Positions 60,612-64,000 of a DNA stretch of 64,000 nucleotides are shown here, one piece after another. Source of the stretch: Haliotis rubra (taxonomy: Eukaryota); assembly GCF_003918875.1 (NCBI RefSeq), contig NW_025767080.1:2108001-2172000 (forward strand), in the 5' to 3' direction. Position numbers and translations under genes: made by a program. Positions within the stretch are counted from its first letter, which is position 1. Each line of letters begins with the position of its first letter. The notes under the pieces were generated by a model. That model was not told where the DNA came from, did no database searches, and saw only the letters and a list, made by a program, of their open reading frames with translations.

Positions 60612-61009
60612 CTGTACAACAAGTGAACGGATGTGACAGTACATCGTCAAGGGAAATAAGGATCTGTTAGCGACCTTCACAAGGGTGATTGGATTTTAAC
60701 GCATGACATGTTATCCTCTGAATCCCTATCACCCGCAGAGGAGGAGGGTGATGCTACTTAACCTACTTACACCACATGGTGTACGAACACGATATACTTT
60801 ACACAGTGATGCTAAACCTCAACCAAGGCTTACTCAAATCTCATCAAAATCCTATCTTGTGCACATTCTAGATATTACAAAGAAAAGCAACCTTCGGAGA
60901 CAAATGATCATAACGCACCCTAGTTTGTTGATATGACATATGGTTAGTATTGCAGGATACGGGAGAATAGGGACAGCAATGTAACCAATTGTCAACAACG
61001 AGAATGCTG

Positions 61010-61699
61010 TTTGATATTGTCAACAGTGGAACACTGTATGGTATTGTCAACAATGAAGCACTGTACGACATTGTCAACAATGGAGCACTGTATGATATTG
61101 TCAACAATGGAGCACTGTATGATATTGTCAACAATGGAGCACTGTATGATATTGTCTACAGTGGAGCACTGTACGATATTGTCAACAATGGAGCATTGTA
61201 TGATATTGTCAACAATGGAGCACTGTACGATATTCTCAACAATGGAGCACTGTATGATATTGTCAACAGTGGAGCACTGTACGATATTGTCAACAATGGA
61301 GCACTGTGGTCAACAATGATATTGTATTGTTAACAATGGAGCACTGTACGATATTGTCTACAGTGGAGCACTGTATGATATTGTCAACAATGGAGCACTG
61401 TATGATATTGTCAACAGTGGAGCACTGTACGATATTGTCAACAATGGAGCACTGTATGATATTGTCAACAATGGAGCACTGTACGGTATTGTTAACAATG
61501 GAGCACTGTACGATATTGTCAACAATGGAGCACTGTACGATATTGTCAACAATGGAGCACTGTACGATATTGTCAACAATGGAGCACTGTACGATATTGT
61601 CAACAATGGAGCACTGTACGATATTGTCAACAATGGAGCACTGTACGATATTGTCAACAATGGAGCACTGTATGATATTGTCAACAGTGGAGCACTGTA
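61010..61699. repeat. 27-bp minisatellite, ~25 copies, in a PCSK2 intron
   Basis: Unit GATATTGTCAACAATGGAGCACTGTA(C/T), with one phase break near 61308-61322. Confidence 0.97.
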
Positions 61700-62372
61700 A
61701 CATACTGACAACAAAGGAAGTTCTGTATAATCTTTTCAACAAAATGAGTACTGTAGCATATTGTCATCTGGGAACTGTAACATATCGCCAAAGGGAGAGG
61801 CTCGGCAACACTGTGTATAATGCGAGTGCTATGACTTATTGTAAAGAAATAGGTATCACGTGAACTTATAGATGGCTAGTAGGAGGTTAATTCACCATAC
61901 TGACAACAAGGGACCCTAGGGATCGTATGTTTCGTTACCTATACGATACTTTATCCATTATGTCTTTCCGCAAAGGCTACGTATACAAACTATACATTTA
62001 GAATGTATTTTCAGATGAACAAGGGATTCGCATAGCACTGTGAGTGCCATTTTACTGCCGGGCGATGAAACTCCCGGGACACAATATTCACTTTTTCTCA
62101 GTATTCTCAGACTATTGTTTAACTTCGACCTAATGACAGAACAGGAACAGTTCCAGGAGTACAATATTCCAAGGAGACAGGTATGGTCTTCAGCGAGACA
62201 AATGTCATTCCGCTTTGATTGCAAGAGCAAATCCAGTGAACCCGAGGCAACTATCTATGGCTCAGGGTTTTCTGAATTGAATTTCAACTTGCCAGGGTCC
62301 TCATCTATCTGAGCGTAATGGGGTCGAGCTAACAGAGTTTGTGGAAGGGGAATGAGGAAAAGGTCAACTCAC

Positions 62373-62473
62373 TTGGCTTCAAGGGCTAGAGCGAAAACTC
62401 CAGCTGCCTCAGGGGCTGCTGCTGATGTTCCGGAGTGGCTGGCGGTGCAGTTGCCGTACAGGTCGGTGGTCGC
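62373..62473 (-). CDS. PCSK2: Prohormone convertase 2 exon containing the catalytic Ser
   Basis: cttccag| [33 protein letters not shown](N) |gtgagt, 101 nt; subtilase GTS motif. Upstream exons lie beyond the window. Confidence 0.96.
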
Positions 62474-64000
62474 CTGGAAGATGAAGATGACATATATAAT
62501 ACTTTACTTTTTTAATTTCCGAAATACAAATACTCGCTTTTTCAAACCATGGCCACCGATTCACCCACTCTGACCACTGTAGGGAAAATTAATGATTCTG
62601 GCTGAGAACGAAATTTGCTGTTTTTCAGAGTGTAATTAACGCCGTCACAACCTATTACGTTCCTGATGGATTGCTGACGTGTCCACCGCGACATTAACAG
62701 CACTGACCCACGATTTGATGGAGAGCGCCAATGGATTGCGAGCTGTCTCTTACGGATTTTCTTTCAAAATCGGATGTAACGACGTGAGAAGAATAACTGA
62801 CGCAAATTTACGTACATTTTTGAGGACTCATATAACACGATTATTGATTTTGAGGATGTGGAATTGAGATAACACTGGTCTGGGGGCAACTACTTTGGTA
62901 TGACGGAAAACCCTGGGTGAATGACACATAAGGAAAGCAATCGCCCTGTCCACATACCAAACTGTTGCTTTTGATTATTACATTTTGCCATCTCCAAAAT
63001 TATTCGTATTTACTATATTTACAACAGCAAACTCTTATATTATATTGACAAACTAAACAGAAATTTGTGAAATTTGTATCAATTTGAAACAATTAAAAAA
63101 TATACAAAGTCAACGCTAGATAATACCCAGGATTATCGAAACAGATTCCGTTAAAAAGCAAGACAGAGGTGAAATTTATGTAAATAAACAACTGGAATTC
63201 ACCAGGTGTTTTCGATTGTCCTGCCCGATCAGTGCTTTCTGTGCGTACCAAAACAGAGATTGTCAGTAGTACTGATTTCTTCATGAGGTGATAAAGAGAG
63301 TATGGATAAAGTGGTTTCGCTGAAGTGTTAATGGTGTTCAGCAAACAATATTTCCTCTCACTGCGACAGAAAAGTGGAAACGGCAGTAAAGCACGGCAAT
63401 AAACCGTCAATAATCCTGCCATGCAGCATCTGTCATGCTTTGACACTAATACACTCACTGTAGCGTTTGTAGATTGTGGCTATTACGCCATTTCGCATAG
63501 CCTACCCGTGATAACACGTACGTCAAGTAAAGGAGTATGACGTCACTTCCTCGTTATTTATGGCATTCCGCCATTGACTCCGAACGTGCAGAACAAGAAT
63601 TCTGTTTGATGTAGTTATCATGTTAACAAGGTTCCCAGATCCCTTTATGGATATTGCGCAATATTATTGTTCTGTTATTGCTCCAGACATGCCCCTCTCA
63701 ACCTGGCGTCACCAAGACAGACACCATGCTCCTGTGATATTTGTTGACATTACCCATAATTCCCCTGTGATCAGTTTGATAGAGTTTTCCATCAAATTTT
63801 CCCCTAAGATCATTCGTTTTGAAGCCCTCACTGTGCTCAGTGCACAATAACGTTTCCGGTCAGCTGCATTGTGGGAGAGCGCAAAAGCTCCGAACAGCGA
63901 CTGATATATTAACAGTGGGACTTCCTTCGGGATGACATTACACGCCATGATAGACAGAATGAGTAAGTGCTTGTTTAAAAGACAATGATAGGAGTTATTA

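Noticed and set aside
21886-61699. Shared TTGTC(C/A)ACAA...CACT(A/G)TA motif between the 54-bp and 27-bp arrays
   Set aside because: The 54-bp unit derives from the local exon junction; the similarity is too short to imply common origin
60868-61863. Multiple overlapping repetitive ORFs on both strands
   Set aside because: Artefacts of a 27-bp unit; the flanking PCSK2 exons join in phase without them

Overview
Eukaryotic, AT-rich and intron-rich DNA, most likely molluscan (gastropod/abalone-like; inferred only from the SINE families present). Three spliced protein-coding genes can be assembled by hand. (1) The last two coding exons and 3' UTR of an annexin (+, ending at 2906). (2) A divergent tandem annexin paralogue (+, 10 identified exons from 12072 to 46270, first coding exon unresolved). 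It has a Lys/Glu-rich N-terminal tail, a degenerate repeat-III Ca2+ site and has lost the charged central-pore residues. (3) The last four coding exons of prohormone convertase 2 (PCSK2, - strand, 62473 to 58994), converging tail-to-tail with the annexins. The rest is introns and intergenic DNA with at least four SINE families, a near full-length dead Tc1 (DD34E) element plus older Tc1 remnants, many MITEs, CR1-like LINE ends, Penelope-like terminal fragments with degenerate hammerhead motifs, and several minisatellites. The most unusual observations are: a 54-bp in-frame minisatellite that multiplies an annexin exon's 5' splice site five times; a SINE whose Pol III B-box segment is amplified ten-fold; a possible UUG-initiated myristoylation leader for the second annexin; a 27-bp array with about 18 perfect SOX motifs in a PCSK2 intron; and a TACATGTA transposon-excision footprint shown by comparing two hairpin copies. 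All coordinates and translations were read by eye; no database searches were run.
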